Source: an uncultured virus (IMG/VR IMGVR_UViG_2061766007_000575) (lineage: Duplodnaviria > Heunggongvirae > Uroviricota > Caudoviricetes). Taken from it: a stretch of DNA of 58,636 bases. Below, piece by piece: positions 38,343-47,675 of the stretch. The notes beneath the pieces were generated by a model, which saw only the letters and a list, made by a program, of their open reading frames with translations, made no database searches and was not told the DNA's origin. Numbering within the stretch: position 1 is the stretch's first letter; each line of letters opens with the position of its first letter. The translations under genes were made by a program, and so were the position numbers. Location of the stretch: the IMG/VR virus record IMGVR_UViG_2061766007_000575; one strand, 5' to 3'.

Positions 38343-38684
38343 ATGACAAATATTGAAAACATAATTCTATTAATATTAATTATATTCCAGCCATTTTTAG
38401 CTCTACTCACTGCATTGCGAGGATATTATGATGGTTTTATTGGCGACTCTCTCATAGTTACAAAAGAAAGTTTTAAAATGCCTATCGCTTTACATCTACA
38501 CGTTTGGTCTGATACAGAAGAAAAGCTTAATCATGCTGGCAGAGTAATTTTATTAATACTAATGTCGCTAGTATGTCTTCCAGAAATCATTTTATTATAT
38601 ACAACATTAATAATATTGAGCTTTTTAACTTTCTTTGCAAAGATTTACTCTTGGGTCTTCAGAAAAAGAGAAAAAGTAAACTAA
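38343..38684 (+). CDS. Membrane protein
   Basis: Own promoter; 2-3 hydrophobic helices. Confidence 0.65.
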   Translation: MTNIENIILLILIIFQPFLALLTALRGYYDGFIGDSLIVTKESFKMPIALHLHVWSDTEEKLNHAGRVILLILMSLVCLPEIILLYTTLIILSFLTFFAKIYSWVFRKREKVN

Positions 38685-38808
38685 ATAACCTTCTTTGGCG
38701 CGATTGTTTCTAGGCAGTCGCGCCTTCTTTGTTTATCCTCCCATAAAAAGAAACTTGAAAAATTCTGAAAATTCGTATATAATATATATAGAAAATGAGA
38801 AAGGGAGT

Positions 38809-39465
38809 ATGAATATGGATATCGAGGAACTCAGAATCGCTTATAGACAGATTCTTGACGACTGTTTTGAGTCTTCTGGGGACTTTTCAAACTTTGTCGG
38901 ACCTGACCATGATTCGATAGGGTACAGTTTCCCCGACTATATTCACTATGCTTACGGCGCCACCAAAGCAGTTCTGTGGGAAGACACTCTTCCCTATGTT
39001 ATCAAGATACCTCTTGAGCTTTATATGGAGAGAGACTACTGCAAGCGTGAAGTTAAAAACTACAAGCTGGCGCAGAACTGCCCGCAGATTACAAAGTGCT
39101 TTGCGTGGTGCGACTTTCTCTTTTACTACTATGATATGCCTATCTATATAATGGAAAAAGCAGACTGTGATGAAGATGAGATTTACAGTAGTGCTTTTGA
39201 AACTGCTCTTTCAGAATCCTGCGAAAGCAACAATGTTGAAAAAGGTAGCGAAGACTACGACGATTATTGCGAAAGTTTTTCTGACGAGTGGGAATGGATG
39301 GATGGTACTGAACAGATAGGCTATCTTTATTATAAGCAGTGGGGAATTGAAACCGCAACACTTTTTGAAGAGTTTTGCGATGAGAATGGTATCAACGATC
39401 TCCACTCTGCTAACTGGGGTTATATTAATGGTCGGCTAGTTGTTGTAGACTATTCAGGCTTCTAA
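38809..39465 (+). CDS. Protein-kinase-like (PKL fold) protein
   Basis: YGATKAV (G-loop), VIKIP (Lys), C.RE (alphaC), YIMEK, DLHSANWG (catalytic loop), VVDYSG (DFG-like). Confidence 0.75.
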   Translation: MNMDIEELRIAYRQILDDCFESSGDFSNFVGPDHDSIGYSFPDYIHYAYGATKAVLWEDTLPYVIKIPLELYMERDYCKREVKNYKLAQNCPQITKCFAWCDFLFYYYDMPIYIMEKADCDEDEIYSSAFETALSESCESNNVEKGSEDYDDYCESFSDEWEWMDGTEQIGYLYYKQWGIETATLFEEFCDENGINDLHSANWGYINGRLVVVDYSGF

Positions 39466-39487
39466 AAGAAAGGAGATTTTCTAGAAA

Positions 39488-39790
39488 ATGTTTGAACTAA
39501 GATTTTGGAAGAAAGGTGTCAATATTAGAGTCGCAGGTCGCTATTCCCATACTTTTTCCCACTTCGAAGATGCGTGGAACTTCGCGCAGGTATTTCTCTC
39601 TGAAGCCTATCTCAAAGGCGCCGACGGCATCGACATTAATAATGAGTTCTATCCCATCTTTGATGATGAAGAAGAAGACGATGGTGACTATGACCGCATA
39701 CTGGAAGATCTCGACGATGCTGACTACTACGAACATATAATGGAAGATCTCGACAACTGGCACAGTCGTTTAGAGGAGGGTGAAAGATGA
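39488..39790 (+). CDS. Acidic hypothetical protein
   Basis: AGGAG RBS; Asp/Glu-rich C-terminus. Confidence 0.7.
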   Translation: MFELRFWKKGVNIRVAGRYSHTFSHFEDAWNFAQVFLSEAYLKGADGIDINNEFYPIFDDEEEDDGDYDRILEDLDDADYYEHIMEDLDNWHSRLEEGER

Positions 39791-39963
39791 GTCTCCGAAA
39801 AAATACCCCGTGTGATTGTGACGGAATCTGCCCCTACGATGCTACCTATGGACACGATTGTGAATACTGGTGCGGCGCAGAGGAGCCGCAGGATTATCCA
39901 GACGACTGGGACAGATGGGAAATTGAGCCATCTCGTGATGACTGGGACGAGGAGGAAGATTGA
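39787..39963 (+). CDS. Small Cys-rich, acidic protein (58 aa)
   Basis: MSLRKNTPCDCDGICPY...CEYWCG...DDWDEEED; coupled to neighbours. Confidence 0.7.
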   Translation: MSLRKNTPCDCDGICPYDATYGHDCEYWCGAEEPQDYPDDWDRWEIEPSRDDWDEEED

Positions 39964-40124
39964 TGACTTCGTTAGAAGCGCGCAGGATTTTAGTGACTAT
40001 ACTTTCTAGGCTTGAGAATGAGAGCGGAAATATTCCAGAAATTCTCATCCACACCAATGAGAAAAATTCCTATGAAGATCTGCGGTTAGAATTAAATCGC
40101 TGGATTTCAAATATATCGCATTAA
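39963..40124 (+). CDS. Small hypothetical protein (53 aa)
   Basis: Coupled via TGATG; GAGGAGG upstream. Confidence 0.55.
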   Translation: MTSLEARRILVTILSRLENESGNIPEILIHTNEKNSYEDLRLELNRWISNISH

Positions 40125-40372
40125 AAGCTAAAGGTTTTTATTTAATAGCTGGTGCAACGCATAGTTATTTAACTATATTTGAGGTTACTTTNNNNNNNNN
40201 NGTGGGACGAAGAGTCCTAAATAAAATTCCAAAATTCAAAGGGTGGTATGGAGTAAAGGGTTTACTTAATAGCTGGTGCAACGCATAGTTATTTAACTAT
40301 ATTTGAGGTTACTTTAGTAAAGCTGTTGTTAAATGGAGTTTGATGAACAGCCAGCTATTTTATACTCCCAAA

Positions 40373-40671
40373 AAAAACTAAAAAGAGAACTTGCCGAAGT
40401 ACAAGGTTCACGATTTCAGGTAGAACTGCACAACCGAATTGTTGATGTGCTATTACCAGAGCAAGTATAGGGAGTCATGACCCTACTAAAGTTGACGAAT
40501 AAAAAGTAGACTGNNNNNNNNNNCTCACGATTTCAGGTAGAACTGCACAACCGAATTGCTGATGTGCTATTACCAGAGCGAGTATAGGGAGTCATGACCC
40601 TACTAAAGTTGACGAATAAAAAGTAGACTGGGGCGTTTAGGACAGAAATCGTAGGTTCTCTTTTAGTTTTT
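40373..40671. ncRNA. Putative structured RNA, ~180 nt after removing gap duplication
   Basis: 17-bp terminal inverted repeat AAAAACTAAAAGAGAAC/GTTCTCTTTTAGTTTTT plus nested helices. Confidence 0.45.
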
Positions 40672-40739
40672 AAATAAATCGAAGAGTCGGGCGCTGAATG
40701 CGTCCGACTTCTTTTTTTTCGGAAAATTCGATATACTTA

Positions 40740-41720
40740 TTCAGCGCGCACTGCATCGGTGCATAGTTTTTTCCAGAAAATCCATGGGTCCGGCGCTGAA
40801 GACGTATTAACTTCAAAATTATTTTCTAGAAATTCCAAAAAATTGCAGAAACTGAAGAGAAAAAATTTTCCAGAAATCTCCCCACTCGCAATATTTTCCA
40901 GAAAACCACAGAGAAAAAATTCTAAAAATAAAATTTACTTTTTTTTGTAGAGTGTCTAGCAGAAAAAGATACTTTTTATCAGAAGCTGGGGGAACCAAAC
41001 GGAAGGGGGCGTAAACGTCTGTCACAAACCCAGCGCCCCGATGGCGAACGAAGTGAGCAACCTCTTCTCCAAATCCGACCCCGAGTCCAGCTCCCCACCC
41101 AAAAAAAAGGCTCAAAAAAAGTCTAACTGGCGGTACGCGCCCGAAGGGCGGTACGCGCCCGCGCCGGCGACNNNNNNNNNNTCCCGATGGCGAACGAAGT
41201 GAGCGACCTCTTCTCCAAACCCGACCCCAAGTCCAGCTCCCCATTCAAAAAAAAGGGTTGAAAAAAATCTAACTGGCGGTACGCGCCCGAAGGGCGGTAC
41301 GCGCCCGCGCCGGCGACGCGGCGACTTTCCCCCGAAGGGGGAAAGCGGAAGAGGGGGAGCGAATAGTCCGAGACCCCTTGGCGTTAAGCAGAACGTATAC
41401 GTAATACGTATACGTATAAGGTCTATCCGCGGAGCAATGGATAGTGCACGTCGAGGGGATGGCTAGCTTTTGTGCGATGGGAAAGGAGTAGTCGTTTGGT
41501 GAAGAGGTTGAGCGTTGTGGAGAAGGATAGGAAAGGGTAGGGGAAAATGGAAGAGAGTAGAAGAGAGTGGAATAATGCCTGGCCCGATTTTCACAGCGTT
41601 TCAAATTTTCTTTTTGCTTAAATTTCGAGCTTTCCCCGTCAAATTTTGGCCCAAAACAATAAAAAAAATTTTTCGCAGCTCAAAATTTGATTTTTTTACG
41701 TCAAATTTTGCCGCCGCACG
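40740..41720. repeat. Non-coding convergence zone with TTTTCCAGAAA-like repeats, GC-rich tandem GGCGGTACGCGCCC and purine tract
   Basis: Direct reading; no credible ORF; lies where + and - transcription converge. Confidence 0.6.
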
Positions 41721-41756
41721 CTAAAAAAAGAGAGGACTTTCGTCCTCTCTCTTCTT

Positions 41757-42265
41757 TTAGGCTCTGGTGTAGCCCTTGCAAGTGCCCTTGCCCTTGATCT
41801 TCACGTCGTGAGAGATCGCCTTGCCGTCCTTAACGGCGGCGCGGAGCAGAGCAGAAGCTTTCTGAACCTTTACGCCCATCGGGGTCGCGAGGTCGCTAGC
41901 GGTCTGCGGCTCGTCACCGAGCATCTCAACGATCTGCGCAATCAGCGGAGCGTTCTCGACAGCGGTCTTCGAGGGCTTCGCAGCTCTCTTCGCGTTGGTC
42001 TCGTCGATCTTCTCGAGGGAAGCCTGCGCGAAGGCACGCAGCTCGTCGGACAGGGTCTCAGCGTTCATGATAGCGGTGAAGAANNNNNNNNNNCGAGCGG
42101 AGCGTTCTCGACAGCGGTCTTCGAGGGCTTCGCGGCACGCTTAGCGTTGGTCTCATCGATCTTCTCGAGAGAAGCCTGCGCGAAAGCACGCAGCTCGTCG
42201 GACAGGGTCTCAGCGTTCATGATAGCGGTGAAGAAGTCTCTGCGAGTCATAGAAGTGTTGGTCAT
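41757..42265 (-). CDS. Winged-helix DNA-binding protein (~118 aa once gap duplication is removed)
   Basis: TASDLA..MGVKVQKASALLR..VKDGK; strongly biased codons; paralog of 44446 gene. Confidence 0.75.
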
Positions 42266-42850
42266 GATATTTTCCTTTCTGCGCTAATGCGCGACGGCGT
42301 CGGTCGCCACCCAAGTTTTTTTGAAGTAGGAGAGTTACTCTCTCTCTCACTTTCTATATATATTATAGCGGAATTTTATGAATTTCTCAAATTTTCGCAG
42401 CTTTTAAATTTCGCAGCTTTTAAATTTCGCAGCTTTTTAAAATTTGATTTTTTTAAGTCAAATTTTCAGGTCCCAACGCAGCTGCAGCTGCTATTAAAAT
42501 TTGACAGCGGCCGGATCGCAGCTTCTGCAGCTTTCGCAGCTGCCAAGTCGCAGCTTGTATGGAAATTTGACACCCTGGGAAATTTTGGAAGCCCGGGCAA
42601 AAATTTGACGCCGCCAAAATTTGACGACGTAAAGAAGTTGACATAATGTAGTGTTATGTAAACCGCCCGGGCAGATCCGGTATGATCCGGGACAGATCGG
42701 AGTGATCCGGGACTAAGATTGAAGTGATTCGGTCGCCCGGGCAACTGTCAGATCGTACAATTGATCCGGCAATTTTTGGTTATATTGACTATTGCATTTT
42801 AGGTTGGTTTATGTTATATTACTTATAGAAAAAGAAAGGAGAAAAAAGAA

Positions 42851-43027
42851 ATGTGGGATTTCTTATTTGAAGATGTGGAAACAGGCGAACAGTTTTTCGT
42901 AGAAACTACGAATCTTTCGCAAGCAGAAGTGATTCTACAGATGAGTGGATTCGAGAAAGAGCAGTACGAATTCCTTGGGAAGTACACTGTAGAAGAAGCA
43001 GATATTCTTGGTTATGATACTTATTGA
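42851..43027 (+). CDS. Small acidic protein (58 aa)
   Basis: Promoter ~42793-42820, AAAGGAG RBS; MWDFLFEDVETGEQFFVE...GYDTY. Confidence 0.75.
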   Translation: MWDFLFEDVETGEQFFVETTNLSQAEVILQMSGFEKEQYEFLGKYTVEEADILGYDTY

Positions 43028-43040
43028 GAGGAGAAAGAAA

Positions 43041-43217
43041 ATGTCTGAGGAAATCATAGAAATTTTACGTCATATTTTTAATGCTCGTATTGACCACGCA
43101 AGTGACAATTCGGCTTATATTGCTTGGACGAGTGCAAGAGATATTGTTGAATATGCACTTGCTGATAATATTGAATGTTTAAAAGAGTATGATTATCTTC
43201 CTACAATGGACGAGTAA
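43041..43217 (+). CDS. Small hypothetical protein (58 aa)
   Basis: GAGGAG RBS; terminator GGACGAG/CTCGTCC. Confidence 0.7.
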   Translation: MSEEIIEILRHIFNARIDHASDNSAYIAWTSARDIVEYALADNIECLKEYDYLPTMDE

Positions 43218-43298
43218 AACTCGTCCTCTTTATTTCACTAAAGTACCCGGGCGCCGAGTTAGCCTCGGCTAACTAACACCCAAAAGAAAGGGCGGAGA

Positions 43299-43631
43299 TT
43301 AACTCTCCGCCTTCTCCCTTCTCGCCTTGTCTTTGGCGATTTTCTTGGCCTTGGCCTCTTCGGCCTTGGCCTTCTTCTCGGCCTTCTCCTGAAGGTCAAG
43401 GGCATAGGACTGACGGCGACCGTAACCGTCATACTCCTCGTCTTTCGTGCCCTTCGGCACTTTGACGACGACCTCAACCCAACCTTCCTCGCCGTCCTCG
43501 CTGACGGTGGGGAAGTTGATAGCATTGGAAGCTATCATCCCGACATCCTCGCCTTTGTCGGTGAGGAAGTCAGAGAACATGCGCACGAACTGCGCGCGAA
43601 TGGCATTTGCGTTTGCGAGTTTCATAAACAT
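43299..43631 (-). CDS. Hypothetical protein, paralog of 48397 gene
   Basis: GEDV....SN...FP.V.EDG...WV..VVKVP.G..DE..YDGYG; Lys/Ala-rich tail. Confidence 0.8.
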   Translation of the reverse strand: MFMKLANANAIRAQFVRMFSDFLTDKGEDVGMIASNAINFPTVSEDGEEGWVEVVVKVPKGTKDEEYDGYGRRQSYALDLQEKAEKKAKAEEAKAKKIAKDKARREKAES

Positions 43632-43657
43632 CGCTCCTTTCTTTTCTTACTGTAGTC

Positions 43658-43686
43658 ATTATAGCACCTATAGACCCCTTTGTCAA
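43658..43686 (-). promoter_or_regulatory. Consensus sigma-A promoter (TTGACA-N17-TATAAT, T-tract UP element); similar ones precede most minus-strand cassettes
   Basis: Reverse complement TTGACA AAGGGGTCTATAGGTGC TATAAT; others at ~44325, 44915, 45011, 45153, 45975, 46546, 47195, 47592, 48266, 48756, 49595, 50421, 51125, 51759. Confidence 0.85.
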
Positions 43687-43799
43687 CCCCTTTTTGTACT
43701 TTTTTTTGGACAGATCGGCAGATCTGAGATCTTTTGAGTTAGCCACCCCTAACTCGGCGCCCGGGCGAGTTAGGGGTAGGTAACTACCCCAACTTTTAA

Positions 43800-44081
43800 T
43801 TACCAAATATAGATTAAAAGCATACCTTTCGGCTCAATTATCAAACTATATCCGTATTCCCTTTCTAACTCTTTAGCAAGATTAAGCAAAGATTCGAAAT
43901 CAGTTCTAACCTTTGTGTCATCGGTATAACGCATTATTATTTTAGTAATCTCTGAAGGTTTATAAAGTTCGCCTTCTTCTTCACATATTCTGCGGTCTCT
44001 TTCTTCAAGAGTTTCAGGACCGTCACAATCGGCGATTCTTATATTTTCAAATTTGGTAGTCTTTGTTTTTATCTTTTTCAT
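43800..44081 (-). CDS. Hypothetical protein
   Basis: GAGGAG RBS; MKKIKTK... Confidence 0.7.
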   Translation of the reverse strand: MKKIKTKTTKFENIRIADCDGPETLEERDRRICEEEGELYKPSEITKIIMRYTDDTKVRTDFESLLNLAKELEREYGYSLIIEPKGMLLIYIW

Positions 44082-44095
44082 TTTTCTTTCTCCTC

Positions 44096-44266
44096 TCAAT
44101 CGCAATCTAATTCAATTAGTTCATTTTCATCTATAATGTATTCTTCTATCCATTTAAGATTTCTTGTGGGGCAATCGTCAAGTGCCTTTTGCACCTTATT
44201 TTTATTTCCACCAATAAAAACTGCATGAGCATAGTCACCTAAAATATATCCGACATAGATTATCAT
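44096..44266 (-). CDS. Small hypothetical protein (56 aa)
   Basis: Promoter + GAGGAG RBS; MIIYVGYILGDYAHAVFIGG... Confidence 0.65.
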   Translation of the reverse strand: MIIYVGYILGDYAHAVFIGGNKNKVQKALDDCPTRNLKWIEEYIIDENELIELDCD

Positions 44267-44445
44267 TTTTTCTCTCCTCTCTTAATTACAGTTAGATTAT
44301 AACAGATAAAACTAAAACTGTCAACCGTTAATCTATACAAAAATAAGCCTTGTTTTTGTGCAGATCGCCGGCCGCCCGGGCGCGAGTTAGCATCGGCTAA
44401 CTCGCCCTCAAAAAGAAAAGGGGAGATTTCTCTCCCCTTTTCGGC

Positions 44446-44799
44446 TTACTTCGCCACGAAATAAGCCTTACGCTTGCCAACCTTGGGAATCTTGACTTCC
44501 TCAACGCTGACCTTGCCTTCAGCAACCAACTGACGGACAAGAGAACCTGCCTTGTTGTGCGTGGACTCAATCACTGCACCAAGTTCGGCTTCGGTGAACT
44601 TGCCATCGTTCTCTACAAGGTAGTTGTAAATGGCTTCCTTGAAAGGAGCATTAGCAAGAGCAACCTTGGAAGGCTTGGAAGTACGCTTTGCGTTGCGAGC
44701 ATCCATCTTCTCAATCTGACCCTTTGCCCATTCCTGAATGTCGGCATCAAGAGTTCCGTTTACGATTGCGGTAAGGACTTCACGAGTGTTGGTATACAT
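44446..44799 (-). CDS. Winged-helix DNA-binding protein, paralog of 41757 gene
   Basis: EKMDARNAKR.SKPSK...FTEAELG....HNKAGSLVRQLVAEGKV; three tandem promoters upstream. Confidence 0.75.
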   Translation of the reverse strand: MYTNTREVLTAIVNGTLDADIQEWAKGQIEKMDARNAKRTSKPSKVALANAPFKEAIYNYLVENDGKFTEAELGAVIESTHNKAGSLVRQLVAEGKVSVEEVKIPKVGKRKAYFVAK

Positions 44800-45267
44800 A
44801 ATTTTTTCCTTTCTGCCTTTCGGCTAACAGTGTCGGTCACTACCCTTTTTTTATCTGTAAGAGGTTCCTGTCCTCTTTACATTCTTATTGTAGCACATCT
44901 TTTTGAGTTTGTCAAGTCTTTTTTTCAACTTTTTTTATTTTTTTTCTTAACTCTCTCTTGTCTCTCTCTTTCTTACATTCTCATTATAACAGACTTTTTT
45001 GAGTTTGTCAAGGGGTTTTTAAAACTTTTTTCAGTTCCCTTTGTTCTTCTATAACTCAAGTGCCACTTGAGCAAGACTCTTGGGTTAGGAGAGTGGCTAA
45101 CTCTCTTTCCCCTTGACAATTATTATTATAAACCTACTTTTTAAATTTGTCAACCCCTTTTTTAAAATTTTTTTCGGTTAGCATCGGCTAACCCGGCGCC
45201 CGGGCGAGTTACCCTACGCTAACTCAACGATCCGGCGCGCTGTATAAGTATGCAAAAAGTGGGATGA

Positions 45268-45915
45268 TTATTCATCCCACAATCTGCCATCTATATCCCC
45301 TTTCTGTTTAATACAGTAAAGGAAAATTTCTTTTTCTATCAGAACATCTTCAAGTCCTGTGTGACTTTCAGTAAATTCATTGTCACCTTTTAAGAACCTA
45401 TACAGAATTTCGGCTGTATATCTTCTCTGACCTCTTTTCGTTAGATAGTCATTCTGATAACAAAACTCCCCATATTCAATTGACTTGCTGAAAATCTCCC
45501 TTGACATTTTTAGACTATCCCACATTTCAACCCCATAAGGGAAAAACCATCTATATTTTGATGAGGTTAAAAATCTTTGTGTTATCTGAAGTGAGAGATA
45601 ATCAAATCGGCAATTGTGGGCAACTATCTTTTTAACTTCATAAGTCTTACAGACTTCTCTAAAGATTTTCCGTATATTAGAAAATCGCTTGAGAATCCTT
45701 CCACCTTTTCGGATTTCTTCCCAATATTGCGGTATCTTCTCTTTGAAGTAGGCACTTGACATTAGTTCCTCATCAAGAAAAATATCGGCAACTACGAAAG
45801 AAAACCTTTCAAAAATTTCGCCGTCCGTATTCATGACGATAAAACCAACATCATAAACAATAGGACATTCAATATCGTTAGTGGTTTCAGTATCAAGTAT
45901 AATTATGTTCTCCAT
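45268..45915 (-). CDS. DEDDh 3'-5' exonuclease
   Basis: ILDTETT, VAHNCRFD, WDSL, HTGLEDV. Confidence 0.88.
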   Translation of the reverse strand: MENIIILDTETTNDIECPIVYDVGFIVMNTDGEIFERFSFVVADIFLDEELMSSAYFKEKIPQYWEEIRKGGRILKRFSNIRKIFREVCKTYEVKKIVAHNCRFDYLSLQITQRFLTSSKYRWFFPYGVEMWDSLKMSREIFSKSIEYGEFCYQNDYLTKRGQRRYTAEILYRFLKGDNEFTESHTGLEDVLIEKEIFLYCIKQKGDIDGRLWDE

Positions 45916-46100
45916 TTTCTTTTTTCCTTTCTTTTGATTACATCTTGATTATAGCAAATAGATTTAGATTTGTCAATACATCAAAATGCACAAAAGTGGA
46001 CGATCTGCCTTGTGCAGATCGACGGCCGGCGTCGGGCAAGAGTTAGCACATGCTAACTAATACCCAAAAAGAAATCGTTCCTTTTACAGAACGATTTCAT

Positions 46101-46283
46101 TTACTTCTCTTTTTCTATCTGATTGAGATATTTGTTACGAACCTTATTAAGTTCATTAATGAAATCTCTCCATTTCTTTTCGTTTTCTAAGGTGTCATTA
46201 CTAATGTAACATTTCCCACCCCATCCATCATTAATAGACATTGGATAGTTTTCATCATATTCATTTAGAAAAGCCATATTCAT
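46101..46283 (-). CDS. Small hypothetical protein
   Basis: AAAGGAG RBS. Confidence 0.65.
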   Translation of the reverse strand: MNMAFLNEYDENYPMSINDGWGGKCYISNDTLENEKKWRDFINELNKVRNKYLNQIEKEK

Positions 46284-46297
46284 TTTCTTTTCTCCTT

Positions 46298-46489
46298 TCA
46301 GTTATAAAAAGTAATCGTTCCGTTTTCATACTCAGCGAGGACTTCGCCCGTAAGTCCGTCCGTCATTACAACATATTCAACATCAATCGCCTGAATGAAA
46401 GAGTTAAAATGGAAGTATGCGTAATTCGGCTCGATAATCTTGTATTCCTTTTCATATCCGCAATGGGTTCTTACAGTTACAATAAACAT
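46298..46489 (-). CDS. Small hypothetical protein
   Basis: Promoter + AAAGGAG RBS; TDGLTGEVL. Confidence 0.7.
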   Translation of the reverse strand: MFIVTVRTHCGYEKEYKIIEPNYAYFHFNSFIQAIDVEYVVMTDGLTGEVLAEYENGTITFYN

Positions 46490-46664
46490 TTTCTTTTCTC
46501 CTTTCTTTTACTATAATCATTATAGCACACTTTTAAAAAATGTCAACCCCTTTTTAAAAAAATTTTCAGTTAGCATATGCTAACTCGGCGGCCCGGGCAG
46601 ATCAGTTAGCAATGGCTAACTATTAGGGAAAGAAAAGGAGAGGGCACTCGCGCGCCCTCTCGGT

Positions 46665-47135
46665 TTACATAATTTTCTGACATTCACTTGCGAAGTATCT
46701 CGCTCCATACTGATTACAAATGTCGGTGACTTTTCTCGTTTCGTTCTGTGTTGCACAGTAGAAGTTGAAAACTGTGTGCTTGTCACTCAAACGAATATAA
46801 CTATGTGGGACTTCTCTCAAATCAAAGTCAACTGCATCACAATATCTTGTGGGGATTGTTACTTCAACTTTCCACATCTTGTCTTTTCTCATCTTTTCCT
46901 CAATCAGTTTGACGATAAAGACTCCGATTACATTACATCCGAAAGTTATAACGCATTTCTGCCACATCGGAAAGTCCATTACTGTATAAATCAGCATTAT
47001 GTTATAGAAAGCGAAGTAACCACCACTTATTATACTTGCGACAACTTTTCCACTCTTAATAGTGGTAATGCTCCGAATGGTAGAAAAGATAACATTTACG
47101 ATTGAAAGAATTATGAATATGATAATGAGGTTCAT
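46665..47135 (-). CDS. Membrane protein (DUF5698/UPF0316-like)
   Basis: Three TM helices (NVIFSTIRSI.TIK.GK..AS) plus soluble C-terminal domain. Confidence 0.65.
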   Translation of the reverse strand: MNLIIIFIILSIVNVIFSTIRSITTIKSGKVVASIISGGYFAFYNIMLIYTVMDFPMWQKCVITFGCNVIGVFIVKLIEEKMRKDKMWKVEVTIPTRYCDAVDFDLREVPHSYIRLSDKHTVFNFYCATQNETRKVTDICNQYGARYFASECQKIM

Positions 47136-47274
47136 TTTTAAATCTCCTTTCCTTTTCTCTATAAGTATATTACCATAAACAAGGCAACTTGTCAACCCCT
47201 TTTTAAAAAAAATTTTTTGAGTAGATCGGGGATCTTGAGTTAGCATTGGCTAACTCGGCGCCCGGGCGGCCGCC

Positions 47275-47563
47275 ATGTTAGCAAGTATATGTCCGTAAAC
47301 ATATACCCCAATTAAGAATGCTAACATGGTGGCCGAATTTTGGCTCTGCTCCGTCCATCCGCACTAGTGGGTGTCTCAGTTTTATCCCCCGAAGCCGTGT
47401 GCGGCATCCTAAGTCTACTTATTTGTAACGCGGGTGGCCGTCTTACTGACTCACATGGGTCAACGCTCTCAACTATCTTTCAAGTTCTATTGAGTTCTGC
47501 GGCTCTGCGGAGAGTGACCGAATTACCCCGCGGGTTTTGAGTTTTCCTTCTCTCTTACGGTCT
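47275..47563 (-). ncRNA. Putative early ncRNA cassette 1
   Basis: Promoter at ~47563-47592, no ORF/RBS, GC-rich, ends in long hairpin; 5' end ATAAGACCGTAAGAGAG shared with 49818 element. Confidence 0.55.
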
Positions 47564-47675
47564 TATAATATCATATATTCGCCTTTTTGTCAATAGTTTT
47601 TTTTAAAGTTTTTGAAATTTTTTTTCGGCGTCCGGGCCAGTTAGTGTATGCTAACTTAAGAGAAAAAGAAAAGGA

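Noticed and set aside
40373..40671. 6S RNA
   Set aside because: Length fits but the interior is multi-branched rather than a rod with a central bubble
40759..42744. ORF-track calls in the repeat zone (40759, 40819, 41269, 41515, 41808, 42287, 42453, 42466)
   Set aside because: Low-complexity translations of repeats or antisense shadows of the wHTH gene; no RBS
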